Of a stretch of DNA of 64,000 bases, positions 38,005-46,710 are shown piece after piece. This stretch comes from a virus, in IMG/VR virus record IMGVR_UViG_3300010885_077086, positions 16,776-80,775 of that record. One strand, written 5' to 3'. Numbering within the stretch: position 1 is the first letter of the stretch; every line of letters starts with the position of its first letter. The notes below the pieces were generated by a model. The model was not told the origin of the DNA, made no database searches, and saw only the letters and a program-made list of their open reading frames with translations. The position numbers and the translations under genes are program-made.

Positions 38005-38358
38005 TAGTAGCCAGCCTGTTGCAGGGTGTTGGTTTAAAAGGAATCGATCTATAAATGTCTGAATGGGAACATAGACTAGATTATTTTCAGTGGCTAAATA
38101 CATTTTAGGCATAATTAGATTGTTGTTAATGGCGATTTTTATGGATGAATAATGATCTATTTCTCTTGGCATATAATATATAATAAATTCAACAAAAGAA
38201 TCTCCGGCATAAAACCAAATCTCATCAAACTTACCATTTGGATTATATTTGGATGAAGGAGTTTCAATCAATGCATGATATAAGCCAACTTTAGAAATAC
38301 AAGTTATTGCATAATAGCTGCTGCTAAATGTTCCGATGTTTATTGGTTCCATCTTCAT
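37975..38358 (-). CDS. Hypothetical protein, 'W-x-L-F-N' family (tandem paralog)
   Basis: Ends NQHPATGWLLFNQDLWN. Confidence 0.75.
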   Translation of the reverse strand: MKMEPINIGTFSSSYYAITCISKVGLYHALIETPSSKYNPNGKFDEIWFYAGDSFVEFIIYYMPREIDHYSSIKIAINNNLIMPKMYLATENNLVYVPIQTFIDRFLLNQHPATGWLLFNQDLWNHD

Positions 38359-39644
38359 CCCATCATAGGAAAGAATGTTACCTCACGAAGAGACTTCTTG
38401 TTGGCAAGAATACAAATCAATCTTTCCACGCCAAGCCCAAGGCCGCTACATGGGGGACAGCCGTACTCCAGAGCCTCTAGGAAGCCTTCATCAAGCATCA
38501 TAGCCTCCTCGTCCCCTCCAGCCTTCTGTGTCGCTTGCTCCTCCAGCAGAGTGCGCTGGAGAACGGGATCGACAAGCTCAGTATAACACTTGACGATTTC
38601 CCACCCACCAACAATAAGCTGCCATTGTTCGACAGTATTAGGATCGTCTGCCTTTCTTGCCGCCATAGGAGACATATGGGCTGGATAATCCTCAACATAG
38701 ATTGGCTGGATTAGAGTGGGTCGAATCTTCTTCTTAAAGATTTCATCTGCATCAGAAGCAGACATTGAATCTGGAGAGGGCAGTCCAGCGCGAGAGAAAA
38801 GCTCTCGATACTTTACAGTTGGAATGATATTAAAATCTAGAGTAACTCCATCCCATTCTACACTTCTTGCGTCAAATCCAAGTCGCCAAAGAAGTCCTGC
38901 AATAAAGTTGCCAAAATATTCCTTGTTGTCCTGATAATCAGCGTAAGCCCGATACCATTCCATTGAATTAAATTCCTGCAAATGAGAGCGATCCAGACCC
39001 TCATTTCGGAAAGACTTATTCAGCTCAAAAATCTTATCAAATCCGCCAACCATCATCATCTTAAGATGAGTCTCTGGTGCTATACGGAGATAAAGATCCT
39101 TATCAAGAGCGTTGTGGTGAGTAACGAACGGTCGAGCTATTGCCCCAGATGCTTGGGCAGTAAGCATCGGAGTATCAACCTCCAAATAATCATCCTCTGT
39201 AAGAATCTGTCGAATGGTCGAGATTACCTTGGAGCGAAGTCGAAAGATTGCGGCAGCTTCAAGATCAATTGAAGTCTCCAGATAACGCTTACGAAGCCTT
39301 ACCTCATCATCAGAGACGCCATAAAAGGTACTTGGGATTCCTCGCATTGGTCGATTGAGAACCTTTGCCTGATGAGCTAAAATAGACTTTTCACCAGTAG
39401 AGGTATACCAAATTACACCACAAATATGAATATGACAGCCGATGATTATTTGGGATACAGTTGACTTGTAGTCCTCTGTTACTCCATTCTTTAGTACAAT
39501 TTGGATTTTTGATTCAGAATTTTGCAAATGTAAAAAAGAAATATTTCCCATCTTACGAAAGCTAACAACTCTTGCTGCCAGATTTGCAGATTCCCAATTT
39601 GAGGTCTCAACAAGGTTCTTTATGGAATCGTTATTTTGGTGCAT
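38355..39644 (-). CDS. lysS: Lysyl-tRNA synthetase, class II (compact)
   Basis: OB fold (RKMGNISF), RLRKRYL, EVDTPML, ARPFVTHHNALD..LYLRIAPE, FRNEG...H..EF, motif 3 GLGLGVERL; AAGGA RBS before ATG 39644. Confidence 0.92.
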   Translation of the reverse strand: MHQNNDSIKNLVETSNWESANLAARVVSFRKMGNISFLHLQNSESKIQIVLKNGVTEDYKSTVSQIIIGCHIHICGVIWYTSTGEKSILAHQAKVLNRPMRGIPSTFYGVSDDEVRLRKRYLETSIDLEAAAIFRLRSKVISTIRQILTEDDYLEVDTPMLTAQASGAIARPFVTHHNALDKDLYLRIAPETHLKMMMVGGFDKIFELNKSFRNEGLDRSHLQEFNSMEWYRAYADYQDNKEYFGNFIAGLLWRLGFDARSVEWDGVTLDFNIIPTVKYRELFSRAGLPSPDSMSASDADEIFKKKIRPTLIQPIYVEDYPAHMSPMAARKADDPNTVEQWQLIVGGWEIVKCYTELVDPVLQRTLLEEQATQKAGGDEEAMMLDEGFLEALEYGCPPCSGLGLGVERLICILANKKSLREVTFFPMMG

Positions 39645-39678
39645 TTTAAATTCCTTGAATTTATAATACTTAAAATTA

Positions 39679-40620
39679 CTAAGGATCTTGCTCTTGAATT
39701 TGCTTTTGCATTCTTGCCTCAGCACGTTGAGCCTTTCTTTTTTCATTTCTATTTTTATTATTTTTATCCCTCAAGGTCTTCTTTCTTTCTGCGAGAGCAA
39801 TAAGTTCTTCTTCTGATAAGAGATTTTTCTTTGCCCTATTTTGCTCAGCAACTCTTTTTTGTGCCTCACTCATTCTTTTTCTTGCTTCATCAGACCTCTT
39901 TGTTGGTCCATTCAAAATACGGTTTTGTCGCATGGTATTTGCCATTTTTTTCAAAGTTTCTTCAGAATGAGGAGGTCTGGCTAGCTTTTTTTCTCTAATT
40001 TTATTTTTAGTTTCTTCGGTATGACTGCTTCCAATTCTATTTTTGGAAGCTTCCTTTGCCATTAGTAACAGTTCTCCAAGTGCGGCCGGATTTTCTGCTA
40101 GTCTTTTTTTCTGAGCAATGCTCATATTCAATCTTGCTTCGTCAGAGAATTCTGCTGGAGGATTTTCTATATTTCTCTTTATTTGGGCAGCACTCATATT
40201 TCTTTTTGCCTCATCGGAGTGCTTTCTTCCAGAATTAATCAATCTTAATTTTTCTCTTGTCTCTTCTGAAACTATTCTGCCACGCATCTTTTGCTTTTGC
40301 TCATCTGTTCTTTTTGTTCCAGCCATCGATCTAACTATTAGACCAACATTAAAACCACTATCTGTGGCATCAAGAGTATCTGCCCAATATTGTTCCTTTT
40401 CCGTTAAGACTTCTTGAGAGCATATTTCTATGATCTCAAAACTAAAAACATCACCACCATATTTTGTATAAGAATTCTGTAATTTTTGGTTGTAATGTTC
40501 ATTTCTCTCTAGCATATTTTTATGAGCTATAAATCTTTTAAAGATATTAATGCTCTGTCCAACGTAAAATTGGTCATCCTTTCTTATGCAATATATACCG
40601 CAAAGCTTGCTCTTCTTCAT
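39679..40620 (-). CDS. Free-standing GIY-YIG homing endonuclease with NUMOD3-like repeats
   Basis: CGIYCI...FYVGQS.NI.KR...H...EQYW; repeated H/S-E-E-T/A-K/R-x-K-M-S units. Confidence 0.9.
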   Translation of the reverse strand: MKKSKLCGIYCIRKDDQFYVGQSINIFKRFIAHKNMLERNEHYNQKLQNSYTKYGGDVFSFEIIEICSQEVLTEKEQYWADTLDATDSGFNVGLIVRSMAGTKRTDEQKQKMRGRIVSEETREKLRLINSGRKHSDEAKRNMSAAQIKRNIENPPAEFSDEARLNMSIAQKKRLAENPAALGELLLMAKEASKNRIGSSHTEETKNKIREKKLARPPHSEETLKKMANTMRQNRILNGPTKRSDEARKRMSEAQKRVAEQNRAKKNLLSEEELIALAERKKTLRDKNNKNRNEKRKAQRAEARMQKQIQEQDP

Positions 40621-40672
40621 AATAATATGAAGAAATATTAGCATAAAATTACTTGATTATTAGCATATTATT
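40621..40672 (-). promoter_or_regulatory. Hairpin abutting the GIY-YIG start codon, with two TGCTAAT motifs
   Basis: AATAATATG/CATATTATT 9-bp inverted repeat; TGCTAAT at 40643-40637 and 40665-40659. Confidence 0.55.
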
Positions 40673-40686
40673 GAATAGTCTGGTTC

Positions 40687-40953
40687 TTAAGCATTTTCTT
40701 CCTCCGTGTCGCAATCTTGCCACTTTTCTTCTTCGTAATTCCAATGGCGATTATCGTAAATATCTATTCCAAGAAAATAAGACATTACCTCAAAGGTAAA
40801 GCTGATTCCGGCATGATGAGTTTTTCGAGTCCATTTTAGTGACAGCTCAAAATAACTCCATCCATCCTTAAATTTATCAAGCTGGACTTCAAGGTACTTA
40901 TTTTTAAGTAGCGGAAAATACTTGCGATGAAATAGTGGAACACAAAAGTTCAT
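40687..40953 (-). CDS. Conserved phage hypothetical protein
   Basis: GGGAGG RBS; HAG...IYDNRHWNYE pattern. Confidence 0.7.
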   Translation of the reverse strand: MNFCVPLFHRKYFPLLKNKYLEVQLDKFKDGWSYFELSLKWTRKTHHAGISFTFEVMSYFLGIDIYDNRHWNYEEEKWQDCDTEEENA

Positions 40954-40975
40954 TGTAAATCCTCCCGCTACGCCT

Positions 40976-41005
40976 AGAATATAAGCACAGAATACGCCTA
41001 GTCAA
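40976..41005 (-). promoter_or_regulatory. Class-1 promoter (flanked by direct repeat TACGCCTAG)
   Basis: TTGAC-N12-GTGCTTATATTCT. Confidence 0.8.
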
Positions 41006-41189
41006 TCGGCCTTCTAAAATATTTTACCGCTAATTAAAGAAAAGTGTAAAGATTGCTTCTTCTTCCTTCTCTGGAGAAAGACCCATGATAGAAGGCTCTG
41101 CCTCAATCACCTTTTGTGGTAGAATAACATCTACTTCAAGGATTTCTGCCCTAATCGAATCAACGTAAAATTCAAGTGGGTCAAGAAAA

Positions 41190-41549
41190 TCATTCTTCAT
41201 TGGATACCTCTTCGGGCTTTGGGTTGGCTGTTTCAAACTCTGACTTTGCTACAAAAAGCTTTGCAAACTTGCCTTGGTTTAGGCTAAATTCAATGTTATC
41301 GATCTTAATGAGTTGATTGGAGGGAACTCCATTTTCAGCATACTGCACAGTCAGGTAGGACTGATAATTATATTTGTCCCTAAATCCCTTATAATAAACC
41401 CTAACTGTCTTTGGACAATTCTTTATCTCTGTTACAAGGCTTAGAGATAGGATTGGTGTTCTATAATCTACTCTGGCAATTACAATTGTATCTCCGACAA
41501 CTACTTCTTCGCCCTTTAGATCAATTAGCTTAAACTTTGCATCCTGCAT
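41190..41549 (-). CDS. Hypothetical protein
   Basis: D..G.E..VGD pattern; AGGAG RBS. Confidence 0.65.
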   Translation of the reverse strand: MQDAKFKLIDLKGEEVVVGDTIVIARVDYRTPILSLSLVTEIKNCPKTVRVYYKGFRDKYNYQSYLTVQYAENGVPSNQLIKIDNIEFSLNQGKFAKLFVAKSEFETANPKPEEVSNEE

Positions 41550-41873
41550 TTAGGACTCCTTCACGCTAATTATCATAACATCATGCTTGCAGTCTTTTGT
41601 CTGACAGGCACCATAGGCTAAAAACTTTGCGTTACCAGACCACTGATTAACAACTTCTATAATCTCGGATGGAAGCTTTCCTTTTGATAGAGCCTTCTCT
41701 TGATCTGGTGTAAAATAAAATGAGCCTGACTTATTTAGTGAGACTGACTTTCCCTCTCCCCACTTTGGAAGCGGAATGGAAAGATCAATTATAGCAGAGG
41801 AAACTTCGCCACAACCCGATGTTGTGATCGGATTACCATTCTTATCAGAACCCTGACAAACAAACCTAAACAT
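41550..41873 (-). CDS. Hypothetical protein
   Basis: AGGAG RBS before ATG 41873; first gene after promoter. Confidence 0.65.
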   Translation of the reverse strand: MFRFVCQGSDKNGNPITTSGCGEVSSAIIDLSIPLPKWGEGKSVSLNKSGSFYFTPDQEKALSKGKLPSEIIEVVNQWSGNAKFLAYGACQTKDCKHDVMIISVKES

Positions 41874-41890
41874 AAAGCTCCTTATAGCAG

Positions 41891-41935
41891 GACTCCCCGC
41901 TACGGATAATATAAGCACCGTGAGCGGGGAGTCAA
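41891..41935 (-). promoter_or_regulatory. Class-1 promoter embedded in an 11+4-bp inverted repeat
   Basis: TTGAC-N12-GTGCTTATATTAT; GACTCCCCGCT-ACGG / CCGT-g-AGCGGGGAGTC. Confidence 0.82.
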
Positions 41936-41953
41936 CAGGCTGTGTTTAAAAGA

Positions 41954-42190
41954 TCAATCGCCAGTGTGACGGAAGCCTTCCGTTGAACAAGTAACCGGAG
42001 GAACGTATGATGGTAGACTTGGAAAAAGAGGAAGCTGAGTTGGCAAATTTGGAGTTACCTTTGTCAAAACAAGATTAAGATGACTCTTAATCTCTTCAAC
42101 CTGTCGCTCATTCAAGTCCTTTGGGCCATTTAGATGTTGAGAAAGCTCAAGATATCCCTGAAGCCAAAAAACAAACTGATCGCTAGTCAT
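41954..42190 (-). CDS. Conserved phage hypothetical protein
   Basis: MT..QFVFWLQGYLE...IK.HL.LV..KVTP. Confidence 0.7.
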   Translation of the reverse strand: MTSDQFVFWLQGYLELSQHLNGPKDLNERQVEEIKSHLNLVLTKVTPNLPTQLPLFPSLPSYVPPVTCSTEGFRHTGD

Positions 42191-42191
42191 T

Positions 42192-42524
42192 TCAGCCTCC
42201 TACCTTTTCTAGCTCAGAGTTTAGCCAAGCATCAAGAGCACCCTTTGCCATATTGCCAGACTTACGAGCAACCTCTACTCCATTGTGAAATAGAACCATA
42301 GTTGGAACGCCCATTATCTTTAAGGATTGGGCGGCAGATGGACTATCATCAATATCAAGATCAAACACAGGAAGAGAGGCTAACCTCTCTTCAGCTACTT
42401 TTTCTAGTGTTGGTGCCAATGCTCTACAGGGATTACACCAGGTAGCACCAGCCTTTACAAGAGCAGTTTTATTAGTTCCAATAGAATTCTTTAGAGTTTT
42501 ATCAGTTGCAGTTTTAACAAACAT
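42192..42524 (-). CDS. trxA: Thioredoxin
   Basis: ATWCNPCR active site, IMGVPTM. Confidence 0.92.
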   Translation of the reverse strand: MFVKTATDKTLKNSIGTNKTALVKAGATWCNPCRALAPTLEKVAEERLASLPVFDLDIDDSPSAAQSLKIMGVPTMVLFHNGVEVARKSGNMAKGALDAWLNSELEKVGG

Positions 42525-42533
42525 TTTATCTCC

Positions 42534-42971
42534 TTATTTTAGCTCAAAACCGTGATCTTCTTTAAGTTTGCTTTTAATATGACAGGCACTGCAGATGTTT
42601 CTAATCCAGCCCTTTGTCTGATAGGTGGCTTTATCTCCACAGGTCTCACAAATCTTGCCAGACATCGCTTCTGCCATATGAATTAATCCATCGGTATAGT
42701 CATCACCACCAGATCTGTAGAAGCGAAGTGTTCCAAATTTTTCTTTAACCTGCGTTGCAATCAGCTGAAGAGCTTCTTTTGCTTCATCCGTTTTAAGATC
42801 CCTACTTTTAAAATCAATATGACCTTGGATATTTCTGCATAATACATCTAGAAGATCATACCATCCATCGCCACACTCTATACCATAGGTTGTATATGGC
42901 TCGGAAAGATCGGATGTTCCAAATATTTTAGGATACTTATCTTTTAAGGCCTTTTCTTTTTCTGGTGACAT
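42534..42971 (-). CDS. Conserved phage hypothetical protein
   Basis: GIECGDGWYDL...QVKEKFGTLRFY...CETCG...C..C. Confidence 0.75.
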   Translation of the reverse strand: MSPEKEKALKDKYPKIFGTSDLSEPYTTYGIECGDGWYDLLDVLCRNIQGHIDFKSRDLKTDEAKEALQLIATQVKEKFGTLRFYRSGGDDYTDGLIHMAEAMSGKICETCGDKATYQTKGWIRNICSACHIKSKLKEDHGFELK

Positions 42972-42985
42972 AATATTATACCTTG

Positions 42986-43249
42986 TTAATCCGTTGGGTT
43001 TATTGATAGTAAATATATTGGATCTTTTATGTCTAGATAGGCGCTACAGTAATGGCCTGTTTCATCGCCCAATCCATCTCTGCCATTAACACCGTTACAG
43101 ATAAGACATTCGTCTGCATAAGTTCCACCAACATCATTTAGCCATGGATTTTCTTTTGCAAAGCTGGCGCTAGAAACAATCATTTTATGATGCGATTGGT
43201 AGTGGTGACCACAAATACATTGTCCAGAAAAATACTGCTTAGTAAGCAT
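42986..43249 (-). CDS. Cys/His-rich small protein
   Basis: CICGH...H, CLIC, C. Confidence 0.6.
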   Translation of the reverse strand: MLTKQYFSGQCICGHHYQSHHKMIVSSASFAKENPWLNDVGGTYADECLICNGVNGRDGLGDETGHYCSAYLDIKDPIYLLSINPTD

Positions 43250-43279
43250 ATTTTGTTGCTTCTTCTTTTTCTGGGAACA

Positions 43280-43786
43280 TTACTCTACCTTGGCGTCAAT
43301 TTTGTTATCTTCTAGAATCTGCTTCTTTAGCTCATAAGAATGTCTGTAGTCTGTCTTGCCATTCTGATGGTAGAAAGCAATATAGGATGAGAAGTAGCTT
43401 TTTTCTACAGCATGATTCTCAACAAAGAACCAGGTTCCTTCTGCTAGATTTTTCTGAATCTCATCAAAGAGAGAGATAGGATCTTCGTCATAGTAATCCT
43501 CATCTTCCTCTTCTTCATCTAGCTCTTCGTCACCCTCTTCAGAAGATTCTTCATTAAGTGCTGAGGCTCTGATCTCTGGACCGGAATCACAGAATCCATC
43601 ACCAATAAATTTGAAGGTTCTATCGCCATATTCATAGAGCTTGATATAGGCATCGCTAGCTAGATAGCCAGACTGAAGATTTCCTTCCTCGGCTAGAAGA
43701 TCAACGATCTTATTAATATACTCTACTGCTGCATCATCTTTTAGAATGAACTTTGAGGTGGTATAGCGATCAACTGTAACAGACAT
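43280..43786 (-). CDS. Hypothetical protein with acidic tract
   Basis: AGGAG RBS; EESSEEGDEELDEEEEDED. Confidence 0.7.
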   Translation of the reverse strand: MSVTVDRYTTSKFILKDDAAVEYINKIVDLLAEEGNLQSGYLASDAYIKLYEYGDRTFKFIGDGFCDSGPEIRASALNEESSEEGDEELDEEEEDEDYYDEDPISLFDEIQKNLAEGTWFFVENHAVEKSYFSSYIAFYHQNGKTDYRHSYELKKQILEDNKIDAKVE

Positions 43787-43914
43787 TGTTATTTCTCCTA
43801 TGGTTTAAATTGAGCAATAAAGGCAGATGTGGCACAGATATCAATTCCCTCTGAACACCTTGATATTATTATCAGCCATGATAAATTATACGCCTAGCTG
43901 GAGATTGAACGAGA

Positions 43915-44280
43915 TTAATCTTTTAGCTGCTTCTTTCTTTCTTCAAATCGCTTCTGCCAACGCTTAACATCGTCAAGAAGATGAAGGTTTTCTGTCTTGT
44001 AATTCCCAAGGTGACCAAAGAATAGATGGCAGTTTACGCCATACTTCTTTGTCTCGCAGAGTGAGATTAAATTGGAAGGCTCCAGCTCAAGCTCTGGTGC
44101 AATATGAAATGGCTTTATGTGATGAACTTCGACATCAACATTACAGCCACAAACAGCACAGACCGGAAACTCTTTTAGATGGGCTTCTCTTACTTTTGGC
44201 CAATCTTTAGATCTTTTTTGGCTCCAGTCTCTCTTTTTGTCAATAAGGACTTCTTTTATTTCTTTTATTTTAGATATCAC
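43915..44280 (-). CDS. HNH endonuclease (small)
   Basis: CAVCG...EVHHI.P...NLISLC...CH; TACTAAT upstream. Confidence 0.85.
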   Translation of the reverse strand: MISKIKEIKEVLIDKKRDWSQKRSKDWPKVREAHLKEFPVCAVCGCNVDVEVHHIKPFHIAPELELEPSNLISLCETKKYGVNCHLFFGHLGNYKTENLHLLDDVKRWQKRFEERKKQLKD

Positions 44281-44304
44281 AACTATATGCTATGATATTA
44301 GTAA

Positions 44305-44505
44305 CTACCTTGTAGTTCCAACTCTTCCAATCTTTCCATCAGAAAGAATCTTTTTTATATCCTTTCCAAGATCTTCCACTCCAGCTCGAAACGGTTCTAT
44401 AAAAACGAACGCGGCTGCAACGATTGCAATAACAATTACTGAGATTAGTAGCATATATTCTACGGTGGATTGACCCTCTTCGTCTTTTAAAAGCTCTTTT
44501 AACAT
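44305..44505 (-). CDS. Flp/Fap-type (Tad) pilin
   Basis: Class III signal peptide DEEG|QSTVEY + hydrophobic helix; 66 aa. Confidence 0.85.
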   Translation of the reverse strand: MLKELLKDEEGQSTVEYMLLISVIVIAIVAAAFVFIEPFRAGVEDLGKDIKKILSDGKIGRVGTTR

Positions 44506-44762
44506 TATTTTATCTCATCAACAGACTGATCAATCTCTGGATTCCAGTCAGTTCTCAATTTGATGAGAGGATTAAAGTTTGCCTTCTTTCTCTCTAAGAC
44601 AAGCTGTGACTGCGGCTTCTGAAGAACGCCTTCTATCTCTAGCTCTTCAAAGTCAATCTCAGTTTTATTTTTATAAACTATTTTTGCTTCACCATCTTCG
44701 GCAGCATGAGCAGCATGTGGCGGAAGAAGGATTAGGGATAAAATTAAAGCTTTTCTTAGCAT
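44505..44762 (-). CDS. cglF: Adventurous gliding motility protein CglF/GltF-like secreted protein
   Basis: Signal peptide then VYKNKTEIDFEELEIEGVLQKP...RKKANFNPLIKLRTDWNPEI.QS, matching my recollection of the myxobacterial CglF family. Confidence 0.75.
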   Translation of the reverse strand: MLRKALILSLILLPPHAAHAAEDGEAKIVYKNKTEIDFEELEIEGVLQKPQSQLVLERKKANFNPLIKLRTDWNPEIDQSVDEIK

Positions 44763-44795
44763 TGAGCCTCCAGCAATATATAAATATATTACCAG

Positions 44796-45161
44796 CTACT
44801 CCTTGCTAGACTCTAGCCAATTTTCAATGTCTTCATCTGACATTGTTTGAAGCTGCTCAATTGTAAGAGAGTTAAGATCTCTCTTTCCGTCCCAAGGAGC
44901 CTTTTCATAAGGCCCATCAATATCAAAAATGGGATACTTCATACAATCTCTCAATATTCTTTCTAGATCCAGCTTTAGACCGTCTTTAACAGCCTCCTCT
45001 GTATCTCCCTCCTCAGCATCAGCATAAGATTCAACAGGCTCTTTGGTGCAAGAATGTGGAGCAAGAGGATCTTTATCATAATAAAGCTCTCCAACACCAT
45101 AAAATCTATGCTCTGGTTTTAGTTTATTTCTGTATCTTACAATTCCATAACGCCAACGCAT
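44796..45161 (-). CDS. Conserved phage hypothetical protein
   Basis: M.WRY.IV...YGV.ELYYD pattern; GGAGG RBS. Confidence 0.7.
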   Translation of the reverse strand: MRWRYGIVRYRNKLKPEHRFYGVGELYYDKDPLAPHSCTKEPVESYADAEEGDTEEAVKDGLKLDLERILRDCMKYPIFDIDGPYEKAPWDGKRDLNSLTIEQLQTMSDEDIENWLESSKE

Positions 45162-45169
45162 TATTCCTC

Positions 45170-45352
45170 CTAGCAGCTAACTCTTGGATCTGAAAGACTA
45201 TCCTCTCTTGACTTTATATCGGCGGATCTCAAAATAGACTCCCTTGAAAATGAGATTATAGATCCATCTTCAAGAATTCCTTTTATAGTAGGAGTATTCT
45301 CTGAGGTTTCGTCAATTTCTACTGTAAGAATTACCTTTACTTTCTTTTTCAT
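45170..45352 (-). CDS. Hypothetical protein
   Basis: 60-aa ORF. Confidence 0.5.
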   Translation of the reverse strand: MKKKVKVILTVEIDETSENTPTIKGILEDGSIISFSRESILRSADIKSREDSLSDPRVSC

Positions 45353-45355
45353 TTT

Positions 45356-46414
45356 TCACCCGTTGTATTTGCAAAATTCATCATAAGCAATAGATAGCGG
45401 CTCGATATTTAGCATGGCGCTAGACAGAACATGGCGAAGCTTTGGATGATTGATTGCAATATCCTTTCTTGACATGCCAGATCTGATCAACTCTTTTGTC
45501 TCTTCCCACTCGGATTCTACCGATGCCTTATATTTTACCCATCGTTCATCAATGGCATCAATCTTTTGATTTATCTCAGCAAAAAATTCATCTGGAATAC
45601 CATCCATTGAGAACTTTCCTGCTTCCTTTCTTTGCATCCAAAGATTAAAAATTCCAGAGTCAGATAGGCCGGTGACTACCTTATGAAGCTGAACATAAGT
45701 TTCGGTCTTAATCTTGCAGCGTTTTCCCTTAATATTTTTAAGAACGACACCTTCAAAGTTTGGATTAAGCTCCTTCTTGATTAGATCATAAGAAAACTCT
45801 TCTGCGGTCCAAAGCTTTGGCATTTGGAATCCAAAGCCGTCTGCATAAGACCTGATCTCTTCTTCGGTTGCTTCAGCGGCAGATTGAGTATCAACAATTC
45901 CAAGAAGGATTAGGGAATCCTTCTCATAATTTCTTACAACATTGATATTTGATGGGCCAACCAACTCAAAAAGATAGGTCTTTTTGTGATCCGCACCAGA
46001 AATAAAGCGTTTGCTGAGAAGATTTGGAGCGGAGAGAGCCTGGTCTGATGCCCAGCTTCCACGAGTAATAGTGTGCCAAGATCCTTCCCACCAAAATGCT
46101 ACAATTAGCGATCCATCTTCCTTAGTCCAAATCTCTGAGATTTTATCTGGAGAGAATTCTGAAGATGAGGCTCCAAGCTCTTCAAAATTAAAGAACTTCT
46201 CAAATGGTCTGGCAACAACCTTTCCTTCATTGGAGATTACGAGGCCACGACAAATAGAATTGACTTCGTTAAAAGCTTTTGAGAACTGAGTTTGCTCAGT
46301 GTAGTTATAAATAGAAAGCGGGAGGTTTGAGTGGGGAATTCTGCGAACTCTACCCAACTCAACCTCTACCGCTAAGTTTGCCAAAAATTCTGCGCTTAAC
46401 ATTAGTGTAGCCAC
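45356..46414 (-). CDS. T4 Rnl1-like RNA ligase
   Basis: CRGLV, ARPFEKFFN, KEDGSL, TRGS, FELVGP.N, FEGVVL, KIKT..Y. Confidence 0.9.
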   Translation of the reverse strand: MATLMLSAEFLANLAVEVELGRVRRIPHSNLPLSIYNYTEQTQFSKAFNEVNSICRGLVISNEGKVVARPFEKFFNFEELGASSSEFSPDKISEIWTKEDGSLIVAFWWEGSWHTITRGSWASDQALSAPNLLSKRFISGADHKKTYLFELVGPSNINVVRNYEKDSLILLGIVDTQSAAEATEEEIRSYADGFGFQMPKLWTAEEFSYDLIKKELNPNFEGVVLKNIKGKRCKIKTETYVQLHKVVTGLSDSGIFNLWMQRKEAGKFSMDGIPDEFFAEINQKIDAIDERWVKYKASVESEWEETKELIRSGMSRKDIAINHPKLRHVLSSAMLNIEPLSIAYDEFCKYNG

Positions 46415-46710
46415 TCCGAATTAAATAGAAACCATTCCATATACTCTGGATATTCTTTAGAAATATGTGATACAAACTCTTCTTGGGTACATCTCAAATC
46501 CCCAATATAAAAAAAGCTTTTATAACCTATTCTATCCTGCGGGCTGTCTATTTGCCACAAAATAGAATAATCATGATCTGGAGGCTTATATACTCTAATA
46601 TGTGATAGAGAAATTACTGAGCTATTTCTAATGAACACTTTATTTCCAACGTTTTCTTTTGCAATATCATTCCAATGCTCTAGGCCATTCAGTGTTATAA
46701 GCTTAATCAT
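46402..46710 (-). CDS. Hypothetical protein, 'W-x-L-F-N' family
   Basis: Ends FVSHISKEYPEYMEWFLFNSEWLH. Confidence 0.75.
   Translation of the reverse strand: MIKLITLNGLEHWNDIAKENVGNKVFIRNSSVISLSHIRVYKPPDHDYSILWQIDSPQDRIGYKSFFYIGDLRCTQEEFVSHISKEYPEYMEWFLFNSEWLH

Noticed and set aside
39645-39746. N-terminal extension of LysRS in the ORF track
   Set aside because: It overlaps the GIY-YIG 3' end and has no LysRS similarity; the RBS supports ATG 39644
38355-40953. Group I intron splitting lysS, with the GIY-YIG gene as intron ORF
   Set aside because: No upstream lysS exon is evident, flanking non-coding space is too short for an intron core, and lysS has its own RBS
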